From Mytilus californianus (Eukaryota): a stretch of 64,000 bases of DNA. How positions within the stretch are numbered: the first letter of the stretch is position 1; each line of letters opens with the position of its first letter. The position numbers and the translations under genes are program-made. The DNA is taken from positions 6,324,001 through 6,388,000 of the forward strand of contig NW_026262667.1 of the NCBI RefSeq assembly GCF_021869535.1. Reading direction: 5' to 3'. Below the pieces are notes generated by a model. It had not been told where the DNA came from. It was given only the letters and a program-made list of their open reading frames with translations, and ran no database searches. Positions 12,568 through 27,500 of the stretch are shown here, one piece after another.

Positions 12568-15500
12568 TTAATGTTTCTCTACTCGACAAATAGGATTATC
12601 ATAAACCATCTGTAGATCTACTTTTGGTCCTATTAATGTTCTGATGTCATCGATTTTATATTTTATCATGGTGGGCCTGAAAAAAAAGTAAAACATGATT
12701 AATGTTTAGGGCTGAAATGATACACTTGCCCTGTGGTACAGTTTAATTTTTTTATATAAAAGTCATGGTACAATTCAGGGCTCTGCAAACATCTTGTTTT
12801 CAACCTGTCTATTTGGACAAAAAGTTACTTCTCAGAAACCATTTTGAACTTGTTCAAAATATTCATATCATACAAGATTTCAAATGCATTATGTTATCAT
12901 TGTTTAAAATTTTTTCCTTAAAGATGTTGTATTGTCTTCTTAAAATGATCAAAAGTGGGATTGGCTTGTTATATCTTTATTTTTCATCAAAATCCTCAAC
13001 AGCTCAGTTAAAATTTGTATAAGTATCAGTTCAGACTATTTATTAAGTTATTTTTTTCCTGATGCAGTAGTACCTGAAAACCAGAAAATTAGTTCTATAT
13101 CAACTTATATACAAATGATGTTGAGATGAATTTTCTCGGTTATTTTTCTGTTGTTGGTTAGTTGTCTCACTGACTTTTACACAACATCTATTTTTATTTT
13201 TAATTTTTATATAAGGTAACTAATTTTATAACTTTAGTATTGTCCTCACCTTTCCAATGAGAGTCCCCATGCTATCACAGACACACCCTCAGGTAACCCC
13301 ATAGGTAACAACATTTCTGGTCGGAAGATTCCAGAATTTCCTATTTCAACCCACTTCTTCAAACCTATCAATAAAATTCAAGTCTCTTTAATTCTAAAAT
13401 ATTCATTCTTAATACAACTTACACTTACATGACTTATGCATACAAGGTGTTACTAACCATACACTTGACTGTCAGCATTAAAATAAGTAAAAGTACATTT
13501 TCTATTACTTCATAATATTGGACTGTCTCAATAAAAAATATATTTACATGCTCATGTATTATTCCTGTGTTCACTTTATTCTCAAATATAACAATAATAC
13601 ATTATTCTGCTTTTAATATAGTATTTAATAAAATGTAAATTCTTACATTTATATATTTAAAATATAACACATTAACATACTGTGAATTCATTTTATTTAT
13701 GAGGTGCCATTTTTTATAGGATTTCGTGCGTATAGGGGAACCATTAATCTAGATAAAATAATAATTTCATATAGGTTTGTTTGTAGATTGTCAAAACCAC
13801 AAAATCAAGTAACAAGAGTGCACACCCTGAAATGTCTCCCCTTCTTACTAACCATTGATTTTATGTTGATAGTCCTAAATATCAAGCTTTACTACAACTA
13901 TCACATAAACTTAAGATGATCCAAGAAAATGAGGTCAAGGTCAGATAAACCAAACTGGAAAATACATGTAAACCTTACAATCATTCCATACACCAAATAT
14001 GCTTTAAACATAGTTGACCTATTGCACATCTTAGAAACAAACTTAACCAGGAAAACTTAACATTGATCAATGAACCATGAAAATGAGATCAAGGTCAGAT
14101 GAACCCTGCCAGACAGACATGTACACCTTACAATCATTACATGCTTTAAATATAGTTGACCTATTGATTATCGTATCTCAGAAACAAACTTCACCAGGAA
14201 AACTTAACATTGACCAATGAACCATGAAAATGAGGTCATGGTCAGATGATAATTGCCAGACAGACATATACACCTAACAATCATTCCATACACCAAATAT
14301 AGTTGACCTATTGCTCATAGTATTAGAAAAACAGATAAAAAAACAATAAATGTGGAATGTGTCCATGGGACACAGATGATGCCCCTGCTTGCATATCATA
14401 TAAAATTATAAACGAACATAACTGAAGAACAGGGGCATAACAGTTAAAGTAACACCACCATAATTCAAACTTGATCTGTATTTTGTGGTAATAAGCATTG
14501 TGTATAAGTTTCATAGCATTTGGTTGAGGCAAACTAAAGTTAGAGAACGGAAACCAACTTTGGGACGTACGGACGGACAAGGGTAAAACTTAATGCCCCC
14601 TCCGCTACAGCGGGGGCATAAAAACTTAACATTGAGCAATGAGCCGTAAAAATGAGGTCAAGGTCAAATTAAACATGCCAGACTGACATGTACATCGTAA
14701 AATATTTTCATACACCAAATATAGTTGACCTATTGCATACAGTATTAGAAAAACAGACCAAAACACAAAAACCTAACTTTAACCACTGAACCATGAAAAT
14801 GAGGTCAAGGTCATATGACACCTGCCAGTTGGACATGTACACCTTACAATCGTTCCATACATCAAATATAGTACACCTATTGCATAGTATCTGAGATATG
14901 GACTTGACCACGAAAACTTAACCTTGTTCACTGATCCATGAAATGAGGTCAAGGGCAAGTGGAAACTGTCTGACAGGCATGGGAACCTTGCAAGGTATGC
15001 ACATACCAAATATAGTTATCCTATTACTCATAATAAAAGAGAAAATAAGAATACTAAAAATTTTAACTATTTTTTTCAAGTAGTCACTGAACCATGAAAA
15101 TGAGGTCAAGGACAATGGACATATGACAGATGGAAACTTCATAACATAAGGCATCTATATACAAAGTATGAAGGATCCAGGTCTTCTACCTTCTGAAAAA
15201 TTAAGCTTTTTAGAAGTTTGTTAACGCCACCGCCGCCAGATCACTATCCCTATGTCGAGCTTTCTGCTACAGAAGTCGCAGGCTCGACAAAAAATCCAAA
15301 TTTCCTCAATCTATGCAGATCAGAACCCTAGATAATAACTGAATCCCAATACACTGATTGTATTCTTACCTTCATGGTAACTGAATAGTTCCATACTAGG
15401 TTCTGTATATGGATTATATGTTGGTTTGAAACGTAACTTTTTAATGTTTAATTTTTTAAAGAATTCCTGAATAATGCCCATTAAATTTCCTAATGTTAAT

Positions 15501-18500
15501 CCATAATCTGCAACAACCCCTTCAATCTGGTGGAATTCTGCTAGATGTGTAGCATCAGTTGTCTCATTTCTGAACACTCTGTCTATTGAAAAATATTTCA
15601 CTGGTGTGAACTTTTCCTGAAAACAAACAGATTTGACCTGTATTCTAATATTGTTTATACACTAGAAGTATAAAGTAATAAGCTGTACACTGATAATTTT
15701 CCATGCTGAAAGTATAAAAAAAAAGCCTTTTTTTTCATCAAATGTATTTATACAATTATTGTCTTTTGATTAGGTTGATACAATGACTTATCAACCCCAG
15801 AGATATGATATTCACTAAGGCCAATGGCTGAGGGTGAATATCACATCTCTTGGTTTGATAAATCATTCTATCAACCTAATCAAAAGTCAACAATTGATTT
15901 ATTATACAACTTTTTTATACATCTCCAATTTTCTAGTATTTTCTCAAGATATTTAAAATTGCTCCTTATTTTTATTACTTTAAAAGAATGAACACTGAAG
16001 TATGAAAAAAGAATTTGCATGACGTCATAACTCTACGCCATTTACCTTGCCTAGGAAAATAACTATTTAGGTATATGTTGGCTGTTCCCTATCTAATGTT
16101 TACTTCTCATACTTTTTCATGCAGTGAATATAATATTTTATCAAATCAGATGTACAGTGTTCTCCCCAGAAATTTTTTAAGGCGCAAAATTTCAAGGGCG
16201 TGTAACTCTATTTTAGAGTGAACTATTGTGACCTGAAGCATTCGGTCATAAATCATTATATGCAATAATGCACAGATAAAGAATAAGAATATATATAAAT
16301 ATATGAAATAAATTCATTTTAAACACAAAAAGCATTTATATCACAGTCAATTGAATAAGTCAAAATGTATATATCATGATATATAGTTCGAAAAATCCTC
16401 ATGTTCTTCTAGGCCTTCCAATGCTGAACAGCTTCAGAAATATTTATTTCTGTACTCTCTGTTCCTTCTAGAGATATAGTAACAAGACAGTTTGTAATTT
16501 TGTTGGACAGCCTGTTCCTCAATTTTTATCCTCTTTAGGGTTGAAAACATCATCTGCCTTTCGCTTAACCCATTTTTTCTTTGCAAAGAACATGTTGATT
16601 CAGCATTAAAATTGATTATGTTTAAGATGTTTCACTTTGGTATACAACTTTTTAAAACAAAAAAAATGTAATGAACCAGCTGACCAGTTTCCGTAGCTCG
16701 ACATTACGCTTCTGTGTGTATAATTGTCAAAACGTTTCTTTGGCAGGTAGATATAAACCAGTGAAATTCTAGTGACATTATACAAATGCTGCAGCGATTC
16801 CGTACATATATTTCCCGATGGACGAATTAACGATCGATGTTAAAAAATTATTTTATTTCTAAAACGTGACAGTTGACTAACAAATTTTACTTGCAAGCAA
16901 CAATTTTTCACTTTCTATTAAAATAAATCACTCCTCGTTATCTTTAATAAAAGTTTATTTTACTTTTTTGACGTACAAATACTCTCATTCATAAATTTCA
17001 TCCTAAATTTCTTCAGTAATGTGTATTCAAATTTATCATGTGTATTCATCATGTTCATTGGTTGTGTTTAAATAGATTCTTCTTCTCGACAAATGAAAAA
17101 ATTTGTTACTTAAATGGCCAAGTGATCGCACACAGACGATGCATAAATACAATGTATTTGCGATCTATTGCTTCAATTTTTGCACTGAAGTTTTTAAAAA
17201 CTTTTATTTTCTACTAAAAATATCTATCTTCTTGATGATCATTTACGCTATAACCTGATTACATGGTCTGATAAGGCTGGAACAGGTAAATCAGACACTT
17301 TTGCTAGTTATCAGTTATTGCGCAACATTGACCGACCTCTCAGCAGTGATCAGCAACTTGACAACTTTAACCAACATTTATAATTAAAATGTGAAAATTA
17401 ACACGCTGCGGGATCAAGTATTAAGGGACAGAGGCCAATAAAGGCACTGCAGGATCAACGAAAATATTTTGAAGGCGCTGCGGGACCGCTGCGTCATATC
17501 GGCCTTGGGAGAACACTGATTTATGCTTTGAGCCAATGAGAAAAGAGAAATTTTATAGTTATATAATAAAAATCCTTACTTTATGCAATAGTTTTTTACA
17601 ATAACTCAAACTGTTTAAGTGTGCAAGATAGGACAACAGGGAAAAACAATGGTCTGTTGGATAGGTGAAGAAATTCGAACTGCCACATGAAAACAATGGT
17701 ATGTTGGATTGGTGTAGAATTTTGCCTATGGGGCCATCAAAGAGTTGTTGCAAGAGTTCTTAAAAGTGCACAGAGCTTTTAATGTTTGAAGTCACGAACA
17801 GGAATTGCAAAATTATAATACAAAACCTATTTCATATTATTTATTTTGCAAGATGATTGCATTCTATATAAAGCCTTGGTATTATATCAGTTGTTACATT
17901 TAGAGTTCATCTATACATATTAGTTAACCAACCTGTTGAGCTAACTTATACAACATTCTAGCACTGACAGCTGTAGTATGAGTTCTCAGTATATTTTTCT
18001 CTGCCTCTTCTGTTTTCCAATCAACCTTATACCTGTAAACAAATTGATGTTATGTACATGTATGTCAAAGTTTTGATTTTTTTTGTGCACCATGTCAATT
18101 CCAGTTTAATTTTACGAAATATCAGGTGTTAAAATTCAGCTAAATCTAGTGAGAAATATTTATTCAATATCTAACAAAGTTAACATTCAAATTAAACTAA
18201 GAAATAACAAGGAAATAAGTTCAGACCTCAATTATTTGTAACCACACTGAACAAGATAAAATATTAAATATATTACCCTTGAGACCCATAACCTCCTTCC
18301 GCATGTGTTCTTTTGACCCTTTGTAAATAATCTGGAGGAACCTGTTTTATATCAGAAATCTGTGGCTCTGTAAAAGATAAATTTATATTAGTCTATATAT
18401 TACCTAAATACAGTAAAATGTTATCAATTTTCTTGCTCACTACCAGTCTGCACCGTTAGCCACTAGTCCGATGCCCCATACCAAATTTTATTTGGACTAG

Positions 18501-21500
18501 TAAGTTTTTGCAAAATTTTGTTTAGACACATAAGAAAAATGGCGGAATGTTGGTCTTCGGACTAGTAGTTAGAAAAGATTTTGGTGCAGACTGCACTACA
18601 TAACTATTTTAAAAGGCTCAGGACACTTTGAATCATTCACCTTACTTCTTTCTAAAAGCAGCCATCATTGTCTTATTTCACTTTTTCAGAATATAGCATT
18701 TGGATAATTTTTAAACCCTTGTGACTGGTTAAAAGCATCAAAACTATTGAAATTAACCATATTTTTTTTTATATTCTGAAACAGTAAATTCACCAATATT
18801 GTCCAGTAACTATTGCTATCACAAGGACCATAAATGCTCTAGGGACAATTGTGTGTCTTTAAACATATCTTTAAGACATTATTTTTATTATATAAATGAT
18901 TTTGCTTGTAAATATGGTTACATTAAAACACCAATGTTGAAAAATAGTTTTGAATGATAAATTCTTCCATGTTGACATCTTACGAGTTTTAAAATGGATT
19001 TTAAACCAACTACTAACTAGATGTTGTCGTGGTTGGAAAAGTACATCAATACATATATTACACTGCAATGAGTGTGTCTGTGTGTAAGTGTGTGTTCAAG
19101 TTTACCTGATACGAAGAAGGTGTCATGGGCATCTCTGGCAGGATGTTGTTGTGGTTGGAAAAGTGCATCAAAATTCCAGAAACAGCTCTCAACAAAGTTA
19201 TTGGTTGGCATTTCTGAAAAACTGAAATATAATAGGACAATTTAAATAAGATGCTGCTTATATGAAATTACATACAGAAGTTTCTTTTCCTTTTGAAAAA
19301 CACCATGGATCTACTGTTCATTATCAGTTACTTAAAATCTAATAAACACAACTACAATATGTTATTAATGTAAACTGGCTGTATAATTTACCAGTATGTC
19401 TTTTTCTGATAGCATTTATCTTAAATTCTTATATTCATTTCAAATACATTTTGTGTAAAAAAAAAATTCTTTCCTTGAGTCCATTCTTTTTTATCTTAAC
19501 ATTTTGAACTATAAAATAATGTACTCCTTAGAGGCTGTCTTCTACAAATAAACATGTCAACAACAACAAAAATATCTACAAAGTTGTTTAAATTTAATTT
19601 AATATATTTGAATAGATTCCTTTTTTTTTCTCAGATTTCCTCAATACTTTTCCTCCCTTAGGTAAGTCTGAATTCTAAGAAAAAGTTATTTTCCTCCACA
19701 TTCTAAATTGGATGAAATGTATTAATTTTATATTCAATCTTCCAGTCTTTTTCATTCATAAACAGACAAGAGTGTCATTTGTAATCAAGTTAATCTTTTT
19801 ATGGAATTTTAATAATATTTCAATGATCTACAATGTAAATACCCCATTTCTAAGAAGATCTGTCTATAAGCTGCTCTGACTTTCAACAACGGATGTAAAT
19901 GTCCACCATTTGGTGGAATACCTAAAGCATCAAAGTTATACTCCTTGAAATTTTTAGTTTTCCATGAACCACTGAAATGAAAAAGAGAATGTTATACTGA
20001 TCCTGCATTTTAAGAATCTTTTGACTCTTTGTCACGTTTTTTAGTCTAATTGTATAGAGTAAAAACAGGAAATTGTTTTTTCCTTTGCAACTGATGTAAA
20101 AATTATATTTTATAAGACTGTCAACTTAACATCAGAAAAAATAAATCAAGAAAAGTTTTTCACTATACCGTCTAAGTTCAATAATCACACATTTTGTCAT
20201 AAGTTTCATAACAGGGTCTTTTATATAGCTTACTATACTGTATGGGTTTACTCATTGTTGAAGGCAGTACCGTGACTTGAAACTGTTCACATCTTTGTTC
20301 TTTGATCTTAATGGATAGTTTTCTCATTGGCAATCATACCACACCTCCTTACTTTTATATGAATATCAATAATATTCCATACATGTTCATTACAAGTCTA
20401 GATAGATAGTGAGGTCTGTACACATGTACAACTTGTTTGACTCCAAATTTAGTGCCTGAATCTATATAGGTAATCTAGACCATTTGTTGTAGGTCTTTGT
20501 ATCTCTCATATTTCAGTTGTTGGTTGTTCATGTAGACTGTTGTACTGGTTGATATTTTTATCAATTTTTGTTCTCATTTTTATATATAATCAGTGTGCCA
20601 GCCTGCCCTATATGGAAGGGTGGCCCGCCCTTGGTGCCCTTACCCCCTCCCTTCTGCCCCTCAAACCAAAAAATTGCATCCTTCTGCCGTTTCAACAATA
20701 AACTTAATCAAATTACATATCAGCATTTCCAGTCAACTTGTTACCTGCTTTAATTTTCTAAAAGACTAATAAATTGACACTGACATAAAATCAAATATAA
20801 TAAACCTTTGGCAGTTTTACCATTTCTGTTGATTTGATTTGATTTTTGGAGTTTTAACGCCACTTTTAAGCACCGCTTTTGGGCTATTTTTGTGGCGGCC
20901 AGTTTTTATTGGTGGAGGAAGTCGGAGCGCCCGGAGAAAACCACGACCTTCGATAGGAAAACTGACAATCCTAGTCAATTAAGATTGGAGTCGAGTGCAC
21001 CCGCACGAGCGGGGTTCGAACTCACAACCTCAGTGTTGACTGGCTAGTGATTACAGTAGTAACTACTTAGACCACTCGGCCACCGAGGCCCCTCCACTTC
21101 TGTTGATGATTGGCTTCTGCTAATTAGGTGATTTAAGATAATAGAACAAATACTAGATATTTAATGCAAAATGAGATGACCATTTTATAAATTGTTTATG
21201 TACAGTATGTACATTTGGAAAACTTTAAGTTTGTTTTGTGAGGATTAAATTAAATCACATGTTCTATTAAACAATATTAAAGGCATATTAAAAGACTTAA
21301 TTGGAAAAAGCAGTAAATATTCAGTTTATTTTCCTGTTGTCTTAAATAAAAATTGTATTTTGAACATCAATGTGATTGCATCACTTCCTGTCTCATCTCT
21401 AATATTTATAATATTCCTTACTAAAAAAGGAGCACTTTAATTGGATGTGCACATTAGACTTACTTACTTGTAACATTTATTTAAGAACAAAATAAATAAT

Positions 21501-24500
21501 TTTCAATATACAATATTTGCATGTATTCACAAATATTTTAACTGTAAATAATATTATTTGTTAAGCAATTTAAGTTGTCTATTCATTTATATAGACTGGT
21601 ATATCAGTACCAAAACATTGAAAATTCTGATGTTTTTTCTTCTTCACCATCATGACCATTATTATCATGTGTCTTGCTTCATTTCAATGTGATAAAACAT
21701 GGAAATAACATCAAGAAATATGCTTAAAATATGGCCTCATGTTTATCTTAGAAATATTGAAATTTGTTTTCAGGGGATGTGCTAATAGTCCACTAATGTT
21801 AAATTTGTTGAAATGCTTTATATTGCCTAATTGTATAGGTACATTTCTATAGGAAGGGATTTATCAGAATTGGTATTTTTGGCATTTATTTTACTTTGCA
21901 CAAGTGCCCTAAAAATCTGAATGATTGTGCTATAAAGTGCCCTTTGGGTCAACTAGCACCCTTCTGCCCTGAGATTCAAGCTGAAACACTCATAATGTTA
22001 TCAGTCACAAAGGTTAAAAGGTAATGTATTCAGGCAAAGTACAGGTAATTGGGTAATATTGGGATTTTAAAGTCATATGAAACTTCAAATTTAAAAAAAA
22101 AAGTTTAATATGTTTTAAATACTTGAATGGCTAAGTTATACTATAAAACAAGTGTATGTGAACTTTCTTGTAAAAGAAAACCCTTTATATTATCAAAATC
22201 TTCATAAATGTACAACTAATGTATTTTTGTCTTCCCATACACTAATTCAAAGATATTTTTCCATATGCAGTGACCTTAACTTTGAGACCTCTTGTTAGAA
22301 CCTCGGCCACGGTACAGCGCAAGTGTGAGAGGAAAACCATGATGAAAGATGGTAAACAAACATGCATTGGAAGGTAAACAGTAATAACTAAATTCTTAAA
22401 GATAAAATTTAGTACAACAAATCATTTAACAACTGTGAAGGAAAAATTGAATTAACAAATGGGAACGCATAGAAAATATAAAAACAATATATCATGGCTC
22501 TATTAATGCACTTATTTGTCACATTCTCCAAGTGCTCTGTGTTGATTGTTTATCAATGTCACGATCTGGTAAACATCGGCAACAAACTCGAAAGTTAACT
22601 AGCTTGCGATCAACAATCAGTGAATGAAATATTTGTCGATTATACATTATAGGTTCATAATAAATATAAATAAATGGAGAATGTGTCCCCGCTGGCATAT
22701 AACATTATAAAGGGACATAACTAGAAAACTGTACAAGTGACGTACTTGATCTGAGATTTGTGGTAATAAGCATTGTGTTTCATAACATTTGGTTGAGGCA
22801 AACTAAAGTAAGAGATTGGAAACCAATTTTGGGACGTACATATGTATGTACGGACAAGGGTAACACTTAATGCCCCCTCCGCTGATATATGTTGCATTTA
22901 TAATTCCAGTTAAAATCAAATAAAAGTTTATACCTTTGTAACATTTCTGGCGTTAGATCAACTTCTGGTTTCTCTATGGTAAGACTGAAATTATCTCCTT
23001 TTGTGATCTCATAGCTGGTTATTTTTCTGCAAAACATAGATAAAGATGTATTTAATTTGTTATCTTGTTAACTTGTATTATGATGAGGTGAATTTTTGTT
23101 GTCCGTAATATCATTCTTAAAAACGACACTGAAACTGGGTCACTGAAGCATGACTGACTGAAACCTTAGAAACTAATAACTGACAAAACATATCAAAACA
23201 AATAAGCTTATCTAAATACAAACCAAACAATTAAATTTACACAAATAACACATCTAACAATGATAGAATTCAACATACTGTCATGATTAAAAAATTTCCT
23301 ATAGTAAGAGAAGAATAGTGTTCCAGATAGGCCGTTTTCAGAGGGCGCAGCGCCCTGTGCCCTTTTTCCAATTTCCATTGCCTCTTTCACAGTGCCCTGC
23401 TTTTTGAAAGATCGATTATATTTATTTTGTTCGTTTTTTTATGATCTGCCATTACGTAATAAATTCCTTGTCAAATGTCAAAAATTACAAATCCACTTTT
23501 CATGTGTTCACTGAATTTCAATTACCTCATATACATTTCTTCCTTTTGAATGACTGAATTGCAATCCTTAAAACCTGATAAGGTGAATAACAGGTAAATT
23601 AAGAATTAACATCATTATCAAACATTTTTTTTCTTTTAAGCATTAAATTAAAACAAATCTTAACTATGAATGTCAATAAATTATAAACATACACTTCTGT
23701 TATAAGTTTTCTCTTCTTGTATTCAGCCTTTTGCTCATCTGTTAGGGAATCTGTCTGATCCTGCTGAAGTTTCAGTAGGTTCTTCTGAATAGCATCTTCT
23801 ATACTGTCAGCCTGTAAAAAGAAAGAACAGGTCAGATAAGCTAATTAAAGTCTTCTTTTGATTTGATTTTTCTTCTTGAGATCTTTTCAATAAGATGAAA
23901 TTTTCATAGAGTTTTACATTGTTTCATCAGAGACTTATGAAAGTAAATCCAAATATATATTTCTAATGTATCTTGTTCAAAGTTTGAAAACTGATCATGC
24001 TGCTCTCAACATGTTAAATGTAGGTCTTGCACAGTATTAAGATTCCCAATGAGAACAATAATGGCAATGGATTTTGACAGAATATATAAATGCTGATTTT
24101 CTGAGTCAATCAATCAGTAAAACTCACTGAAGGGATTTTTAGGTATCCAGATAATCATGACATGAAGATTAGTGTAAGACAAAAAACAGTGTTCTATTTT
24201 AATCTTACCTTTTTGTTGACCTTGGGTCCTCCTTCAGCCTTTTTATCCATCACAATCCATCCTGCCTGCATAGCTTTACTGAATCCAATCTTGGCATTAG
24301 GTACAGTTTTCTGTAAATGCAAACTTTGTAAATTTTAATACTGTATGTGTTCATATCTTGGATCAACTATAAAGGTTGGTCTAGGTAACAACTCAACATT
24401 TGTTATTCAGGTAAAATATGGTGGTCACTTGTCTTCCATGATGCATGTGGAAAAATATGATTCGACAGTTTATGGAAAGTTGGATAAATCTTGCTGATAT

Positions 24501-27500
24501 ATTTGGAAGTAAGAAAACCTCTCAACACAGTTAGATGGCGATAACTTGACAGCATACATTGTAACCAAAGGTCAGAGAATTTTTTTCACAGGTTTTTGAT
24601 CATATTTGATGATTTCAAATTCAATATTCTTTTATTCAAACTGTAAATTTCATATACAGCAGAAGTCGAGAAAGCAAATTCCTCAAGAATTGATAATGCT
24701 ACTTTCGATTTTGAAATTAGAAATATGCAGTGGAAATTTTAAGTTGATTATGAATGATGAATGAAAGATTACATTAAATGACAGTAAATAAACATATGTT
24801 TAAAATTCATTCTTGTAACAATATAAAATAAGGAGATGTGGTATGATAATATTATGATTGCCAAAATATTATTATTGTAAAAGTGTTTCATTTATTAGGA
24901 CTGATAAATGTTTTACTCTTGTAATTTTTCATGGAATGGTTGCATATTTTACGATTAAAAATCTAACATCATAGGCATGCATTTCTTTTTTACAACAATA
25001 TTGAATAAAAAGTTATAATTCTAATATATAAATTATCGTTAGCCATATCAGTTAGTGCCTTAATATGTTCTTTTCCATCCCAACTAACATATCAGTAAGC
25101 AACTGCAAGAATATCTTAATCCACTAACAAAAATAAAATAAAAAATTTTGAAAACAAGTATTAACAGAAAAACAAAACTTTAGTTTGTATTGGCAAGCAG
25201 ATACATACCATAATTTGTGCTTGTGAAGTACCAGCATCAGGGATGGCATAGTATACCCTGGCTTCATGACTCCCATTAGTGGCAACATCCCTTCCTTCAT
25301 CAGTCAATTCCCATCTTTTATTAACTATCTGTTCTGCTTTTATTAACTGCAAATACAGGATTATGCAGTTTTATAGTATATGTAAAGCTATGCTGAGGAC
25401 AGAAAAATATTAGTTTACTACCATGTAGTGCTCTTGATCAGGACAACCATGTATTTTGTTACCTATTCTGACATCGGACTTCTTTTAAACTGAGTTTAAC
25501 TGTGTGTATTGCTGTGTGTTTGTTTATTCTACATTGACTAGAGGTATAGTGGAGGGTTGAGATATCACAAAACATGTTTAACCCCACTGCATTTTTGCGC
25601 CTGTCCCAAGTCAGGAGCCTCTGGCCTTTGTTAGTCTTGTATGTTTTTTAATTTTAGTTCATTTATATGTTTTGGAGTTTAGTATGACGTCCATTTTCAC
25701 TGAACTAGTACACATTTTTGGTTAGGATTAGCTGAAGCCCTCCTCTGGGTGCGGGATTTTCTCGCTGTGTTGAAGACCCATTGGTGGCCTTCGGCTGTTT
25801 TCTGCTCTTCGGTCAGGTTGTTGTCCCTTTGACACATTCCCCATTTCCATTCTCAATTGTATGTTCCCAATCATAAATTGAAAACTGCCAAGTTCAACTC
25901 TTTTACTCACTATCTTTTTTAGTTATTGAACTGACACACACTAACATACTGTCTCTTTGAAAAAGAGAATGATAGCAAATTGTAGAAATATCTGTTGTTT
26001 CAAATTGGCTCCTTTTTGATAGAATTATTGCCAGAGTGGAAAATTGATCAGGTTATGATATTGGGATATTGCAAAACATTGTTCTTAAATGTTGAAATGA
26101 GTTTTTCATGATTTTAATATTCCCAGTTGGATATATCATGTATATATTTACCTTTAAGAGCTATTCCAGAAAAAGGGGTTGGAAGGCATTTTATATTAAT
26201 AATACATGGGTGATGGGTATCAGAGCAACTTTTCACACTACAATGCACTATGATTCTCAATTACAATTGTCTGGGTGGCAGGTGCTGAAACAAACTGCCT
26301 TCCAACCCCCCATACATTTTTCTCTGGAACAGCTTTAGAAAAGTGGCCATCAACCAAAGGAAATAGGACAACTTGTACAACCGTCTATAATGAAAACTCA
26401 GATATAGTATTTAAAGAGGGTTTGGACTTTTTAAATGTCAGAGTGTAATGATTAAATGTTATATTTCACATAAAAGTAATAAATTAATGTGTTTTAACTT
26501 TAGTACTTTTAAAATTATTTCTATATTGTATGTCTTAGATTTTACTTACAGTGCTCAAATCATTATGTAAATGCAAAGACACTCATTTAATCATTTATGG
26601 TTAAAACAGGTATCAAAACTCTCCCTTTATACTTTGAGTTGGCACTATATGACTTATTTATGGTCAAACTTCTCACAGTTCCGAGTTGTCTTTTTTGTCA
26701 TAGACACTCTGACATTAAATCAAAATTTTGGTCAAAAGTCTCCTTCAACAGCTTGAGGACAACCTGCCAAATGGGAAACTCTTCCCCATTATGGTAAAAC
26801 TTCTCACAATTCCGAGTTGTCTTTTTTGTCATATATAAAGACACTCAGACATTAAATCAAATTTTTGGTAAAAAGTCTCCTTCAACAGAATGGGGGCAAC
26901 CCGCCAAATGGTAAACTATTTCCCAAATGAGTATCAATCCCTCATTTGAGCAATCATTTGATAGTGCCAAGGCCAAAAAAAAATATATGTCTGTTTACGG
27001 TTACCTGACCGACCCTATTTTTGAGCGCCGACCCTATGTTATTTTATTTCCATTCTAAAGTGAAACTTGTGTCAAAAGCGAAGTTAGTGTTGCAAATAAT
27101 ATAAATCAATTGCCTGATACATCCCAATGTTCACAATCGTGAATATGACAGCTGTTTTAAGGAAATTCGCGACTCGTGTGAAGAAATTAACACTCTGCCG
27201 CCATTTTTTTCCAACCAATTACCAAGGGAATTATCCAATCATTAAAATTACAGGTAAACTCGGCCCTTGATCAACTTGGACCACGACAAGACGAAACCGC
27301 ATGACTCAAAATCATTTCACAAAAAATAAAATGAAAAAATAGAATAAAATGGAAATACCGACCTACATTGTACCTACCCTATTTTTTAAAAGTATGTAAC
27401 CTTAAACAGACATATATTTTTTTTTGGCCTAAAAAGGAAATTTTCTTAACTGGGTGCTTTTACTTAAAATGGCACACATTTATAGAAAATGGAACAACTT

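Noticed and set aside
20834-21093. tRNA gene
   Set aside because: It has A/B boxes but no complete cloverleaf, and carries a SINE body, tail and TSD. It is a SINE.
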